DNA of 64,000 nucleotides from Bdellovibrionales bacterium (GTDB lineage Bacteria > Bdellovibrionota > Bdellovibrionia > Bdellovibrionales > UBA1609): positions 224,001 through 288,000 of the forward strand of contig CBDBIB010000003.1 of NCBI GenBank assembly GCA_965205945.1, read 5' to 3'. Below the pieces are notes generated by a model that had not been told where the DNA came from, did not search any database, and worked only from the letters and a program-made list of their open reading frames with translations. How positions within the stretch are numbered: position 1 is the first letter of the stretch; each line of letters opens with the position of its first letter. Of this stretch, positions 10,659 through 20,521 are shown piece after piece. The position numbers and the translations under genes were made by a program.

Positions 10659-10785
10659 AAATAAATCTCCTTTCCATCTATTTAGTAAAATTTTAGTGAA
10701 AAATATATAAGATTGTTAGGGAGTTTTTTTATATTTATTGTAATATCAAGCAGGTAGGGTTAAAGCAAGGCTCTTAGGAGTAAAG

Positions 10786-12132
10786 ATGAGCGCAGTTTTA
10801 GCTTATTTGGTTGATTTAGTTTGGGGACCAGTTCTTGTAGCCTTATTGTTTTTAGGTGGAGTGTATTTATTTGTTTTATCTAAAGGAAAAGCACTTGCTC
10901 ATTTTGGTTTAGCAATTAGGCTTTTATTCGGATTTTCAGATTTTGGGAAGGATAAACATGCTAAAGGGCAATTGTCGCATTTTAAGGCTTTATCTAATGC
11001 TCTAGCTTCAACAATAGGGTTAGGAAATATTGCAGGTGTGGCACTTGCAATCTCTCAAGGGGGCCCGGGAAGTCTTTTTTGGATGTGGGTTTCTGGTTTT
11101 ATTGGAATGAACACAAAGTTTTTTGAAAGTACGTTGTCGCTGTTGTTTAGAGGTGTGGATGTTAAAGGTCAGATTCAAGGTGGTCCAATGTATTATATTC
11201 CTAAAGTATTTAAAGGTTCTTTAGGAGTATATTTAGGGATATTTTTTGCTGTGGTTGGACTTATTGGTACTCAGGCAATGTTTCAGACAAATCAACTTGC
11301 AGGTTATTTGAATCTAGAAGCACAGGTTCCTACTTGGGTGACAGGCATGGTCATGGCAATAGCTACGGCAATTATTTTATTAGGGGGGTTAAAAAGAATA
11401 GCTCAAGTTACATCAGCAGTGGTTCCAGTAATGTGTATTCTTTATGTAGGTGCGTGTTTAACAATTATAGGAATGAATATTGGAAAAGTTTTGGAAGTTT
11501 TTATACTGATTTTTACAGAAGCATTTTCATTTAATGCAGTTGGAGGTGGTGTAGGGGGTTATGCAATTGTGCATGTTTTTAAGGTTGGTATTAAAAGAGG
11601 GACGTTTTCTAATGAGGCTGGGACAGGTACAGCACCGATGGCTCATGGAAATGCAAAGACATCAGAACCTTTGAGCGAGGGGTTGGTTGCAATGCTTGGG
11701 CCTTTTATTGATACTGTTATTGTTTGTACTATGACAGCTTTAGTGATTTTAACGTCTATTGATTTAACAACATTAAATGCAGATATTAAAGGGGTTCTTC
11801 TTACAGCCAGAGCATTTCAAAATAACCTTGGAAGTTTTGGAGTTTTTATATTAGGTCTTTCGATTTTCTTTTTTAGTTTTTCAACAATGATCGGAATGGC
11901 AAACTATAATGAAAAGTGCTGGGTTTATTTATTTAAAAATAATAGAGTGTTAAATAATAAGGTGTTTATTGCTATGTTTTCAACAATGTTATTTTTAGGA
12001 GCTATTGGAACAATAACTGATATTATTAACTTTATTGATCTGGGATTTGGCTTAATGGCATATTTAAATATGTTGGCAATACTATTTGCAGCTCCTTTAG
12101 TTATAAAGGAGCTTAGGTTAAAATTAAAATAG
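10786..12132 (+). CDS. Alanine/glycine:cation symporter (AGCS family)
   Basis: IGLGNIAGVALAISQGGPGSLFWMW, GGPMYY, FSNEAGTGTAP, DTVIVCTMTA. Confidence 0.95.
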   Translation: MSAVLAYLVDLVWGPVLVALLFLGGVYLFVLSKGKALAHFGLAIRLLFGFSDFGKDKHAKGQLSHFKALSNALASTIGLGNIAGVALAISQGGPGSLFWMWVSGFIGMNTKFFESTLSLLFRGVDVKGQIQGGPMYYIPKVFKGSLGVYLGIFFAVVGLIGTQAMFQTNQLAGYLNLEAQVPTWVTGMVMAIATAIILLGGLKRIAQVTSAVVPVMCILYVGACLTIIGMNIGKVLEVFILIFTEAFSFNAVGGGVGGYAIVHVFKVGIKRGTFSNEAGTGTAPMAHGNAKTSEPLSEGLVAMLGPFIDTVIVCTMTALVILTSIDLTTLNADIKGVLLTARAFQNNLGSFGVFILGLSIFFFSFSTMIGMANYNEKCWVYLFKNNRVLNNKVFIAMFSTMLFLGAIGTITDIINFIDLGFGLMAYLNMLAILFAAPLVIKELRLKLK

Positions 12133-12134
12133 TA

Positions 12135-12800
12135 TTAGGCAACACTAAGTGCAGATTGTCTTCTTAAAACTCGATTAATTGTAATATCTGCTTGTGTTGT
12201 AAAAATAATTTCACGAATTTTGTTTTTTAAAGTCTCTTTTTCAGAAGAATTTGCAAGCTTAAACTTTACTCCGATTAGATCGTAATAGGAAGAGCCTTCT
12301 TTTAGCCTTTCTGCAGAGAGTATTCGAACAGCTTCTCCGGAAATATTAAAAGCATTAAGTTTTATGCTATTATTTGTATAAAAATGTATTTTAATCTTTG
12401 AATCAGGTCGAACTTTTCCTCGAGGGAGTTTAATTAGACATCCTCCAGTGCTTAGTTCAATGCACTCACTTTTAAATGTGTAATCGCCAAGAATTGTAAG
12501 TACTTCAGAAGAAAGTGGGATTCGTATAGATCTTCTAAAAGGGATATCATCGTTCTCATTTTTGGTAATATTGTTTTTAGAAAGAGCGTGTTTAATATTT
12601 TCAAGAGTAAAGTTTTTAAAATCTAGAGCTGAATGCCAAGCTCCTAAGCCACGGTAGGTGATAAAATGATCCTGTTCAATATCTTTATTATCTAGCATGC
12701 TTAGAATCTCTAGATAGCTGTATGGACCACTCTCACGAGTCTTAATTTGAATATACCAGTGAAGATTTTTTGCTATGTCATTTGGTATGAGCTTAATCAT
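12135..12800 (-). CDS. PilZ domain protein with N-terminal GYF_2-like domain
   Basis: N-terminal WY...GPYS...W pattern; PilZ motifs RRSIR and ELSTGG; C-terminal IGVKF; AGGAGG RBS. Confidence 0.8.
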   Translation of the reverse strand: MIKLIPNDIAKNLHWYIQIKTRESGPYSYLEILSMLDNKDIEQDHFITYRGLGAWHSALDFKNFTLENIKHALSKNNITKNENDDIPFRRSIRIPLSSEVLTILGDYTFKSECIELSTGGCLIKLPRGKVRPDSKIKIHFYTNNSIKLNAFNISGEAVRILSAERLKEGSSYYDLIGVKFKLANSSEKETLKNKIREIIFTTQADITINRVLRRQSALSVA

Positions 12801-12972
12801 ATTCCTCCTTTTAATAATATACTTTCATTATTAACCTCGGTGAAACTGGACTTAAGGTTTAATTTTTAAAATAAATGTTTTAAAATGAGTTACTTTAAAG
12901 GGAGTTTTTAATTTAAATCATTGTATAAATCATTGACGATTTTTTAAGAACTTTAGAGACTATAACAAATCT

Positions 12973-13731
12973 GTGGAGGATATTTTGTCTGTAATATCAA
13001 TTATTAATCAAAAAGGCGGAGTAGCAAAAACAACGACGGCTGTAAATGTGGCACATGCTTGGGCTAAAAATGATAAAAAAGTATTGTTAATAGATCTAGA
13101 CCCTCAGGCATCAGCAACAAAAGCAGTTTTTGGTGATAGAGAGTTTGATTATACATCATTTGATTTAGTGAGCGGTAAAGTAGGGGTTAAACAAATTATC
13201 CAGTATTCAAAGAATTTTGAATGTGATGTTATACCTGGTGAGATTTTACTAAGTGGGATTGACATTCAGTTAGCGGCTCAATTTGGAAGAGAAAAATTTT
13301 TAAAAAGAAGTTTGATTCCTGTAAAAGCACAGTATGATAAAATTATTATAGATTGTTCACCAACGCTGGGGCTTTTAACAATCAATGCGTTGATGGCATC
13401 AGATGATATTCTTATTCCTATTTGTCCTGAGTACTTCTCATTAAAAGGTATTGAGCTAATTTTAGATACTCTTAGAAATATTAGAGCTGGATTAGGGCAT
13501 CAAATTAATATTAAAGGTATTTTAATAACGAGATTTAAAAATAGACGTATTGTTAAATCAGTGATTCAAGAAGTAGAAGATCGTTATGGACTTAAGGTTT
13601 TTAAAGACTATATTCCAGATAATATTGTTGTTGAAGAGGCTCATCATAACCATCTTCCGGTTGCTAGTTATGCTCCTCGTTCAAAGGCTGCAAAATCCTA
13701 TGAGGCTTTAGCAGAGGATTTAATGTTATGA
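12973..13731 (+). CDS. ParA/Soj family ATPase (orphan)
   Basis: NQKGGVAKTTT, IDLDPQASAT, IIDCSPTLGLLTINAL. Confidence 0.95.
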   Translation: MEDILSVISIINQKGGVAKTTTAVNVAHAWAKNDKKVLLIDLDPQASATKAVFGDREFDYTSFDLVSGKVGVKQIIQYSKNFECDVIPGEILLSGIDIQLAAQFGREKFLKRSLIPVKAQYDKIIIDCSPTLGLLTINALMASDDILIPICPEYFSLKGIELILDTLRNIRAGLGHQINIKGILITRFKNRRIVKSVIQEVEDRYGLKVFKDYIPDNIVVEEAHHNHLPVASYAPRSKAAKSYEALAEDLML

Positions 13732-14174
13732 AATCAAATCCATTATTTCATGATTCAACAGTTACTCAAGGTGCAAATGTTCAAACTCAATTTGAATTAA
13801 CAAGGGTTAAACTAAAAAACAAACAGGTTTTGTGTTTAAAGCTTATTATTGGCAATGATATTCGTTATATAGAAATGAACTTAAAACAAGAAGGAGTTTT
13901 CCATGCTTCAGCTTGGATTCAACATAGAAAACATATTTCCTATCAGTTTTTTATTCAAATAGGTGGAGAGCCTTTGTATGCTTCTAAGTTAAAAAAATCA
14001 TTAGCACTTCATACAGTATCTGAAGTTTGGGAGCCTTTAAGCGATACGGATTGGAAGAGAGATTTTCAAAAAATTCCAGATATAGAAAGAAAGAAATTAA
14101 ACTTTGTAGGTACTCAGAAAATAACTCCTCAAGAAACATATTTAGATAATTTAATAGAAAAATGGGATTTATAA
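13728..14174 (+). CDS. Hypothetical protein coupled to the ParA gene
   Basis: ATGA start/stop overlap with ParA; 148 aa; no ParB motifs. Confidence 0.75.
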   Translation: MKSNPLFHDSTVTQGANVQTQFELTRVKLKNKQVLCLKLIIGNDIRYIEMNLKQEGVFHASAWIQHRKHISYQFFIQIGGEPLYASKLKKSLALHTVSEVWEPLSDTDWKRDFQKIPDIERKKLNFVGTQKITPQETYLDNLIEKWDL

Positions 14175-14271
14175 TTAAGTCTAAGAAGAGAGGTTTTTTT
14201 TAGATGAATAATTTATATTTAAAATCACTTTTAATTTTACCGTTTAAATACTAAAAAATTTTTATATGGAG

Positions 14272-15321
14272 TTAGTTTTTTTTATTTAAATCTCTCCAAG
14301 ATTTTCCAGCCCTTGCACGCTTAGAAAGTTGAAATTTTCTTACTGCTGCAGAATGCTCTGCATAAGTTTTAGAAAAATAGTGGGTACCATCATTTTTACT
14401 TACAAAGTATAAGTAATCTGTTTTTGCAGGTTCGCAAACGGCTTTCATAGCTTTAAGTCCTGGATTAGATATGGGCCCTAAAGGCAAGCCTTTAAACGCG
14501 TACGTATTGTATTTATTTTTTTCTAATAAGTGTTTTTGTTTAATGTTAAACAGTCTTTTACCTGTTTTTACCCATTCTCCATATATTGTTGTTGGATCAC
14601 TCTGTAAGCGCATTCTTTTTTTGAATCTATTTAAGAAAACAGAGGCAATTAAAGGTCTTTCATGGGAAGCTCCTGTCTCCTTTTCAACAATACTTGCAAG
14701 TGTAATTAATTGATGTTGATTAAAGCCTATGGGTAAAGATGAGTTTTTCATTAAAAGTTGAAAGTTGTTTTGATGTGTCTTAATTAAAGTTTTAAGAATA
14801 AAGGTCTCTTTTGTGTTTTTAGAAAATTCATAAGTTGCTGGAAATAAATATCCTTCAAAGCTTTGAACATTATATCCTAAATTTTTAGAAGCTTGTTTTT
14901 GAGATCTTAAAAGCTTTAAAAATTTTTCTTTTGAAGAAATAATCTCTTTCTTTTTTAAAAGGTCGGCTATTTCAAATATGTTATAGCCTTCAGGGATAGA
15001 AACCTTATATTTTACAACTTTACCAGTAGAAAAATCTTGAAGTATTCTTTTTAAACTTGTTCCTTTTTTAAAAAAATACTCTCCAACTTTTAATGATCTT
15101 TCTAATTTATTTAATTTAAGATAAATTTTTAATACTTGAGGTGAAATTTTAGACTCTTCTTTTATAAGTTTATAAATTACTGCATAAAAACTTTCACCAT
15201 CATCAACAACAATCCTTATATTTTTAGAAATTGGGTGAGATAAACTATTTTGATATAGTACAGTCGCTCCGCTTAATAATATACCTACACAGATTGTTAG
15301 AAGCACTACAATTTTTTTCAT
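14272..15321 (-). CDS. mltG: Endolytic transglycosylase MltG
   Basis: N-terminal TM, IPEG, EGYLFPATY, ASIVEKET, LQSDPT, YNTY, GLPLGPISNPG, YLYFV. Confidence 0.96.
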   Translation of the reverse strand: MKKIVVLLTICVGILLSGATVLYQNSLSHPISKNIRIVVDDGESFYAVIYKLIKEESKISPQVLKIYLKLNKLERSLKVGEYFFKKGTSLKRILQDFSTGKVVKYKVSIPEGYNIFEIADLLKKKEIISSKEKFLKLLRSQKQASKNLGYNVQSFEGYLFPATYEFSKNTKETFILKTLIKTHQNNFQLLMKNSSLPIGFNQHQLITLASIVEKETGASHERPLIASVFLNRFKKRMRLQSDPTTIYGEWVKTGKRLFNIKQKHLLEKNKYNTYAFKGLPLGPISNPGLKAMKAVCEPAKTDYLYFVSKNDGTHYFSKTYAEHSAAVRKFQLSKRARAGKSWRDLNKKN

Positions 15322-16805
15322 AAACTTATTCCCGGAGGAGGTACGATCTTACTGTAATTAGTGTAATCTTCTAATGAAGCCATTGGAGTTGTACAGTAGT
15401 AGACGGCATGATGAGCTGATGGGCGGTCATTTCCAGATTTTTTTGTTCCTCCAAAAGGAAGTCTTGAGCTTGCACCATTTGTTGTTCTATTCCAGTTAAG
15501 AAGTCCAATATTTAAAGTTTTATATGTTTTCTTATATAAATCTTTGCTTTTTGTGAAAATAGAAGACACTAAACCAAAATGAGAAGAATTAATACAGTCT
15601 AGAGTGCTGTCTAAATCACTGACCTTAATAATCGCAACATTAGGTCCAAAGATTTCTTGTGTTAAGTATATTGAATTTGGGTTATAGCTTTTCATGGCAT
15701 AAATACTTGGACTCACATAGTTTCCAGGTCTTTTCATCTCTAAGTGCTTTCCTCGCATTATACATTCAGCTCCTTCTCTTACGGCAATTTGTTGAAAGGT
15801 AAGATATTTTTCAACAGATTCTTTACTTATAAGCGGCCCCATAAATATGTTTTCTTCTGCCCAGTGACCGATCTTAATTTTTTTAGCAGCTTGATAAAGT
15901 TTATTTAAAAAATCATCGTATATGTTGTTATGGACAAAAAGAATACTTGTACACGAACATCTTTGTCCTGCAGATAAAAAACTACCCATTAAAGATTCAA
16001 ATACAGCTTTATCAAGCTGAGCATCCTCCCAAATTATAGATGTGTTTTTCCCACCCATTTCTAAGGCTAAAGTTTTCCAATAATGTGTAATCGTATTCTG
16101 CTTAATTTGAAGGCCCACATCATATGAACCAGTAAATAAGACACCGTCTACATTTTTATGAGAAACCAATCTTTTTCCTATTTGAGCTTTTCCCTGAACT
16201 AAATTAAACACACCTTTTGGAAAATTTGCTTTTTTATAACAGTCAGCCATTAATTGTCCTGTAAAAGGTGTTTTATCCGAGGGTTTAAACACAACCGTAT
16301 TTCCTGTTAATAATGCTGGAACCATATGTCCATTGGGCAAATGAGCAGGGAAATTAAATGGTCCTATAACAGCCATCACCCCCTTAGCTTTATAGCGGAT
16401 AACACCGTCTACTCCAGGTAAAGCGTTTTTAATTTTTTCCTCATTAACAAGTTTTATAGAGTAATTAGTTGTTATATTAATTTTTCCACAAAGAGCTTTT
16501 GCCTCCGTTCTTGATTCCCACAGAGGCTTACCTGTTTCTCTACTAATAATTCTAGCAAAGTCTTCTTCTTTAGAATTAAAAATTTCAGCCAATCTATTTA
16601 AATATGTCATTCGTTCATTTAAATCTAATTTTGACCATGTTTTAAAGGCTTTTGATGCTGACTCTATGGCCCGATCTACATTTAAATACTTAACACCTAC
16701 AGTGCCTATTAGATCTGTATAATTTGCAGGGCTTTTTACTTTAAAAGATTCATCTTCATCTTGAAAAGAATCAAATGATCCATTAATATAATCACCTAAA
16801 TACAT
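15318..16805 (-). CDS. astD: Succinylglutamate-semialdehyde dehydrogenase
   Basis: GPFNFPAHLPNGH, FTGS, LEMGGKN, GQRCSC, GASSRLPFGG, GNDRPSA; adjacent to astA. Confidence 0.88.
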   Translation of the reverse strand: MYLGDYINGSFDSFQDEDESFKVKSPANYTDLIGTVGVKYLNVDRAIESASKAFKTWSKLDLNERMTYLNRLAEIFNSKEEDFARIISRETGKPLWESRTEAKALCGKINITTNYSIKLVNEEKIKNALPGVDGVIRYKAKGVMAVIGPFNFPAHLPNGHMVPALLTGNTVVFKPSDKTPFTGQLMADCYKKANFPKGVFNLVQGKAQIGKRLVSHKNVDGVLFTGSYDVGLQIKQNTITHYWKTLALEMGGKNTSIIWEDAQLDKAVFESLMGSFLSAGQRCSCTSILFVHNNIYDDFLNKLYQAAKKIKIGHWAEENIFMGPLISKESVEKYLTFQQIAVREGAECIMRGKHLEMKRPGNYVSPSIYAMKSYNPNSIYLTQEIFGPNVAIIKVSDLDSTLDCINSSHFGLVSSIFTKSKDLYKKTYKTLNIGLLNWNRTTNGASSRLPFGGTKKSGNDRPSAHHAVYYCTTPMASLEDYTNYSKIVPPPGISL

Positions 16806-16815
16806 AAATTCCCCT

Positions 16816-17838
16816 TTAATACTCTACTGGTAGTATAAACGTTTCTTGGTTAGAAACAAACTCTAAGGGTCTGTTTTGTTCTTCACTTATAGAAACTTGA
16901 TTTTTTGAAATTTTAGGACAACATAATATTGCTCTAAATTCTTTAGACGATACACCGCCAACTAAATACATTTTTTTTTGCGGTGCAAGATTTTTTTTGA
17001 CCTTAAGTTTTAATCTCTTAAAAGCCTGGATGGGTTTAGCAAGCTTTGTTTGTACACCAAGGTGTGGGCCGCCATCAAAGGGGTCTATTTCATTCTTATA
17101 GGTAAAGCCAAGTTTTTGCATAAGAGCTTTTGCAGGCTTGGTACTTTTTCCAACTTTGCCAATAAGGGTTTTGGCCTTTGATTCTAACAGAGTTATATAG
17201 ATTTTATCTTCTGGAAATAAGTCTTTAATGAATTTTGTATTTGTATGACTCAAACGGTCTGCTTTTTTATAGGATAAACCTGTAAAGCGTTTTCCTAAAG
17301 CCTCCCAGAATTCGCTTTGTCCATGAGCTGTTAAAGGAGGGGCTAGTTCACAGTGTAACTCTTCTTGGAATTTTTTTTTATGTGCGGCAATAAACATAAA
17401 ACGAACAAGGCTTATTATTTTGCCAATTTTTTCAGGTCTTTGCCTATAATTCTTATCAACAATTAAACCGCCTAATTCAGTAGGACCATCATAGTTTTCT
17501 TTAAGATTTAATATTTGATGGGTAAGCTTTAATCCTAAGTTTGAGCTAGATTTTTCCTTTTCTTCAATCTTATAAAAAATATGAGGGTTATTTTTAGTTC
17601 CATGCTTAGAAACTATTTTAGAAGCTGCAATTACTTTATTAATTTTACTATCTTCTGCTACAAAGAGAAACTTACTTTCATTAAAGGGAAGTTTGCATTT
17701 AAAAGATTTCTCACTAATTCGTAAAATTTTTTTAAGTTTTGTTTTATTAGCGGGTAAATTTAAGAGTGAAAATTGATTTGCTAATATATATAAATCTTTT
17801 AAGTCACTTATTCGAGATTGCCTTAAGTATATACTCAT
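16816..17838 (-). CDS. astA: Arginine N-succinyltransferase
   Basis: NLPAN, GPTELGGL, SEFWEALG, ADRLS, IDPFDGGP motifs. Confidence 0.92.
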   Translation of the reverse strand: MSIYLRQSRISDLKDLYILANQFSLLNLPANKTKLKKILRISEKSFKCKLPFNESKFLFVAEDSKINKVIAASKIVSKHGTKNNPHIFYKIEEKEKSSSNLGLKLTHQILNLKENYDGPTELGGLIVDKNYRQRPEKIGKIISLVRFMFIAAHKKKFQEELHCELAPPLTAHGQSEFWEALGKRFTGLSYKKADRLSHTNTKFIKDLFPEDKIYITLLESKAKTLIGKVGKSTKPAKALMQKLGFTYKNEIDPFDGGPHLGVQTKLAKPIQAFKRLKLKVKKNLAPQKKMYLVGGVSSKEFRAILCCPKISKNQVSISEEQNRPLEFVSNQETFILPVEY

Positions 17839-19130
17839 GTGTATCCTTTACTAATTTCTTTAAAAAGTTTTCTATATGAATGACAAGAATCGATTAACGT
17901 ATCTATTAGAATAGATTCATTTGGTTTTTTTGCTAAGCCCTCTTCTCCTGCTCCTAAAATAACAACATCATCACAAACTTTGGAGAACAAACTTGCCTCA
18001 GTAGCGTTTAAACAATAAAGGTTTTCACCTTGAGCTCTTTTTTTATTTACGTAAGGTGCTTGTGCATCTACGATGACAACTTCTCCCCCCACAGATTTAA
18101 CCATGTTTTCAAACTCTTTAAACCAAGCGTCTAAAGCTCTAGGGCTGGTATGTGCAGGGATTAGATTAAATCCAAAAAAAGTTACACCTTTTTTTGAATC
18201 AAAACACTGTCCAATGTGTATTGCTCGTTTTAATCTTGAGTTTTTAAATTTTTTCCTTAACTTATGATCAAGCTTAATAAGTTTTTCACTAAAGCTTTCA
18301 AATTTTAAAGTCATTGAATCTTTAAATGGAGGTAGAGAGTCAATTTCAAAATAAGTTGTTTCAGGCTCTTTTGTAGTCTCCACACCTCCATCTAGATCAA
18401 GTATTAAAGTTCCTTTTGGTAGGTGTTTACAAGATTCTATCATTTGAAATATTGTGTTATCGGCTAAACCATCGCCGCCTACATAGCTGTAAACCTTGCT
18501 TTGAGAAGATATGTTTTCTTTTAAATCATGTTTTTTTCTAAGTTCTTTTTCTTTATCTGAGAAAGGGAAAAAGACTTTTATTTTTAATCTTCCCGCACTT
18601 CCATGTAAGACTTTGTTTTCTGTTGGATGAGCAACACAAACCTTATTGATTAATCTATTTATTAAAACTTCAGAAAGAAGTCGTTTTGCTCCACGCATTT
18701 TATTCTCTCTGCCATGACCAATGGCAATTAGAATATTTGTATCTTTAAAATCATCTTCATTAAGAATCGATTTTAATGCCAATACCTGTGATACCAATGA
18801 TATTTTTTCATGAGCTGCACCTAATCCATACATACGTCCACTTTTTACAGTAATAGATAAGGGATCAAAATTTGTCTCTGACCAAAGAGACAATTGACTA
18901 GGGCTTGCGGTATCAGCATTAACATAGCAAACTAGATCAATTTCTTTTTTTGCAGGGTTGGTTTCAATATAGTATGTTGTTGTTTCACCATGAACAGGAA
19001 GACTTTTCCATTTTAATTCAGGAAAAACATAATCTAATGTTTTTCCAAATAAAACTGTGCCTGATCTTTCACTAGACTCTGAGCTTAATATTTTTTGACT
19101 GACATTAAGTATATTAACTTTATTAAACAT
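17835..19130 (-). CDS. M20/ArgE-like metallohydrolase homolog with degenerate metal ligands
   Basis: Fold cues DT...W...DP...GRMYGLGA, HPT, TEASLF, LGAG...PNESI; lies within the ast-like operon. Confidence 0.7.
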   Translation of the reverse strand: MFNKVNILNVSQKILSSESSERSGTVLFGKTLDYVFPELKWKSLPVHGETTTYYIETNPAKKEIDLVCYVNADTASPSQLSLWSETNFDPLSITVKSGRMYGLGAAHEKISLVSQVLALKSILNEDDFKDTNILIAIGHGRENKMRGAKRLLSEVLINRLINKVCVAHPTENKVLHGSAGRLKIKVFFPFSDKEKELRKKHDLKENISSQSKVYSYVGGDGLADNTIFQMIESCKHLPKGTLILDLDGGVETTKEPETTYFEIDSLPPFKDSMTLKFESFSEKLIKLDHKLRKKFKNSRLKRAIHIGQCFDSKKGVTFFGFNLIPAHTSPRALDAWFKEFENMVKSVGGEVVIVDAQAPYVNKKRAQGENLYCLNATEASLFSKVCDDVVILGAGEEGLAKKPNESILIDTLIDSCHSYRKLFKEISKGYT

Positions 19131-19135
19131 AAAGC

Positions 19136-20470
19136 CTACTTTAACTCTAGAAAAGTTTTTTCTATAATTTCTTTAATTTCTTTAATATGTTTATTTTCAA
19201 GTATTGCTGGTAATAAAAAACGTGCTTTATATGGATCTCTTCCACAACCAAAGCACAGAACACCATTATCAAAGAGTTTTTTAACAAATGTGAGCATTTT
19301 ATTTTTCTCGCCATTAAATGGAGTGAAAGCCACCATTAGGCCCATGCCTTCAACATCATTTATAAGATTTTTACATGTAGTCTTGCCCAAATCTTTTAAC
19401 ATATTGGTAAAGCTTTTATGAATAATCTGGATTTTTCCACTAGAACCCATATAGCCCTTATCTAAGGTGTCTAAAATCCTACGTCCTGCGGCTAAAGAAG
19501 TTGTTGACCCTGAAAAAGTTCCTGCAATTAAACCTGGTTTAGGGTTAAACTCTTCGGTATAAAGAGTGGCCCCTGTTTGTAAAGCTTTTGCAATTGATAC
19601 AACATCCACGTAGTCTGCTAAATCAAGGGTTTCAAAAGCAAAAAACTCGCCTGTTCTACAAAAAGTTTGAACCTCATCTAAAAATATTGGGATTCCTTCT
19701 TTTTTACAAATATCAAGTATTGGCACAAAGAATTCTCTTGGTGCCACTTTATAGCCTCCTTCTCCTTGCATGGGTTCAAACATAAAACATGAAATGTCAC
19801 CTCTGTGTTTTTCAACATGAGTTTGAAAAATTTTAAGAGATTTTTTAGAGGACAAAGGATCATTTGAATCGTAAAATGGAACGCGTAAAATTTCGTTATA
19901 CCTTGGAAGCCCTTGTCTATAATTATCATTATCTGTAATTTCTGCCATCATAGTTGTTCTGCCTGCAAAGCAACCTTTCATGGTAATAACCATTCTTGAA
20001 CCATTTTTTTTCTGACGACATATTTTAAGTCCATTCTCATTTGCCATGGAGCCTGAGGGGCAAAGCCAAGCATGTCTTAATTTTGATAAACGAGATCCAA
20101 GATCAACAAGTTTTTCTAAAAGCCTAATATATTCTTCATTCGGTTGTAGGTGGCCTTGCATAACCGTATCAGAAAGTGATGCTTGAACTGTTGATTCTAA
20201 AATATAAGGGTGGGAGTGACCTAAAATATGGATTCCAATTCCATTAATTAAATCAATCTTAATACTCCCATCTTTAAGTTCAACATAAGGTCCTTGCCCT
20301 CTACCTGAGCCAATATAATTAAAGAAAAGAGGTCGCCCTCTGTATTTGCTTAGAGCATCAGCTTTTGATTCTAAGTTTTTAAGATCACTGTTTCTTACTT
20401 TCTGTAAATGAGCACAATCCTTTAAATACATTTTAACTAGACTTTTAACTTGTGTTTTTATTGGCATCAT
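19136..20470 (-). CDS. astC: Class III PLP aminotransferase, probably (succinyl)ornithine aminotransferase
   Basis: SGSMANE, FAGRT, EPMQGEGG, DEVQT, IAKAL, GTFSG; symbol inferred from operon context. Confidence 0.7.
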   Translation of the reverse strand: MMPIKTQVKSLVKMYLKDCAHLQKVRNSDLKNLESKADALSKYRGRPLFFNYIGSGRGQGPYVELKDGSIKIDLINGIGIHILGHSHPYILESTVQASLSDTVMQGHLQPNEEYIRLLEKLVDLGSRLSKLRHAWLCPSGSMANENGLKICRQKKNGSRMVITMKGCFAGRTTMMAEITDNDNYRQGLPRYNEILRVPFYDSNDPLSSKKSLKIFQTHVEKHRGDISCFMFEPMQGEGGYKVAPREFFVPILDICKKEGIPIFLDEVQTFCRTGEFFAFETLDLADYVDVVSIAKALQTGATLYTEEFNPKPGLIAGTFSGSTTSLAAGRRILDTLDKGYMGSSGKIQIIHKSFTNMLKDLGKTTCKNLINDVEGMGLMVAFTPFNGEKNKMLTFVKKLFDNGVLCFGCGRDPYKARFLLPAILENKHIKEIKEIIEKTFLELK

Positions 20471-20521
20471 TTTCTCCCATTACTTTTATACCAGTGTTCT
20501 TTTATGTATTATTATTTAAAT

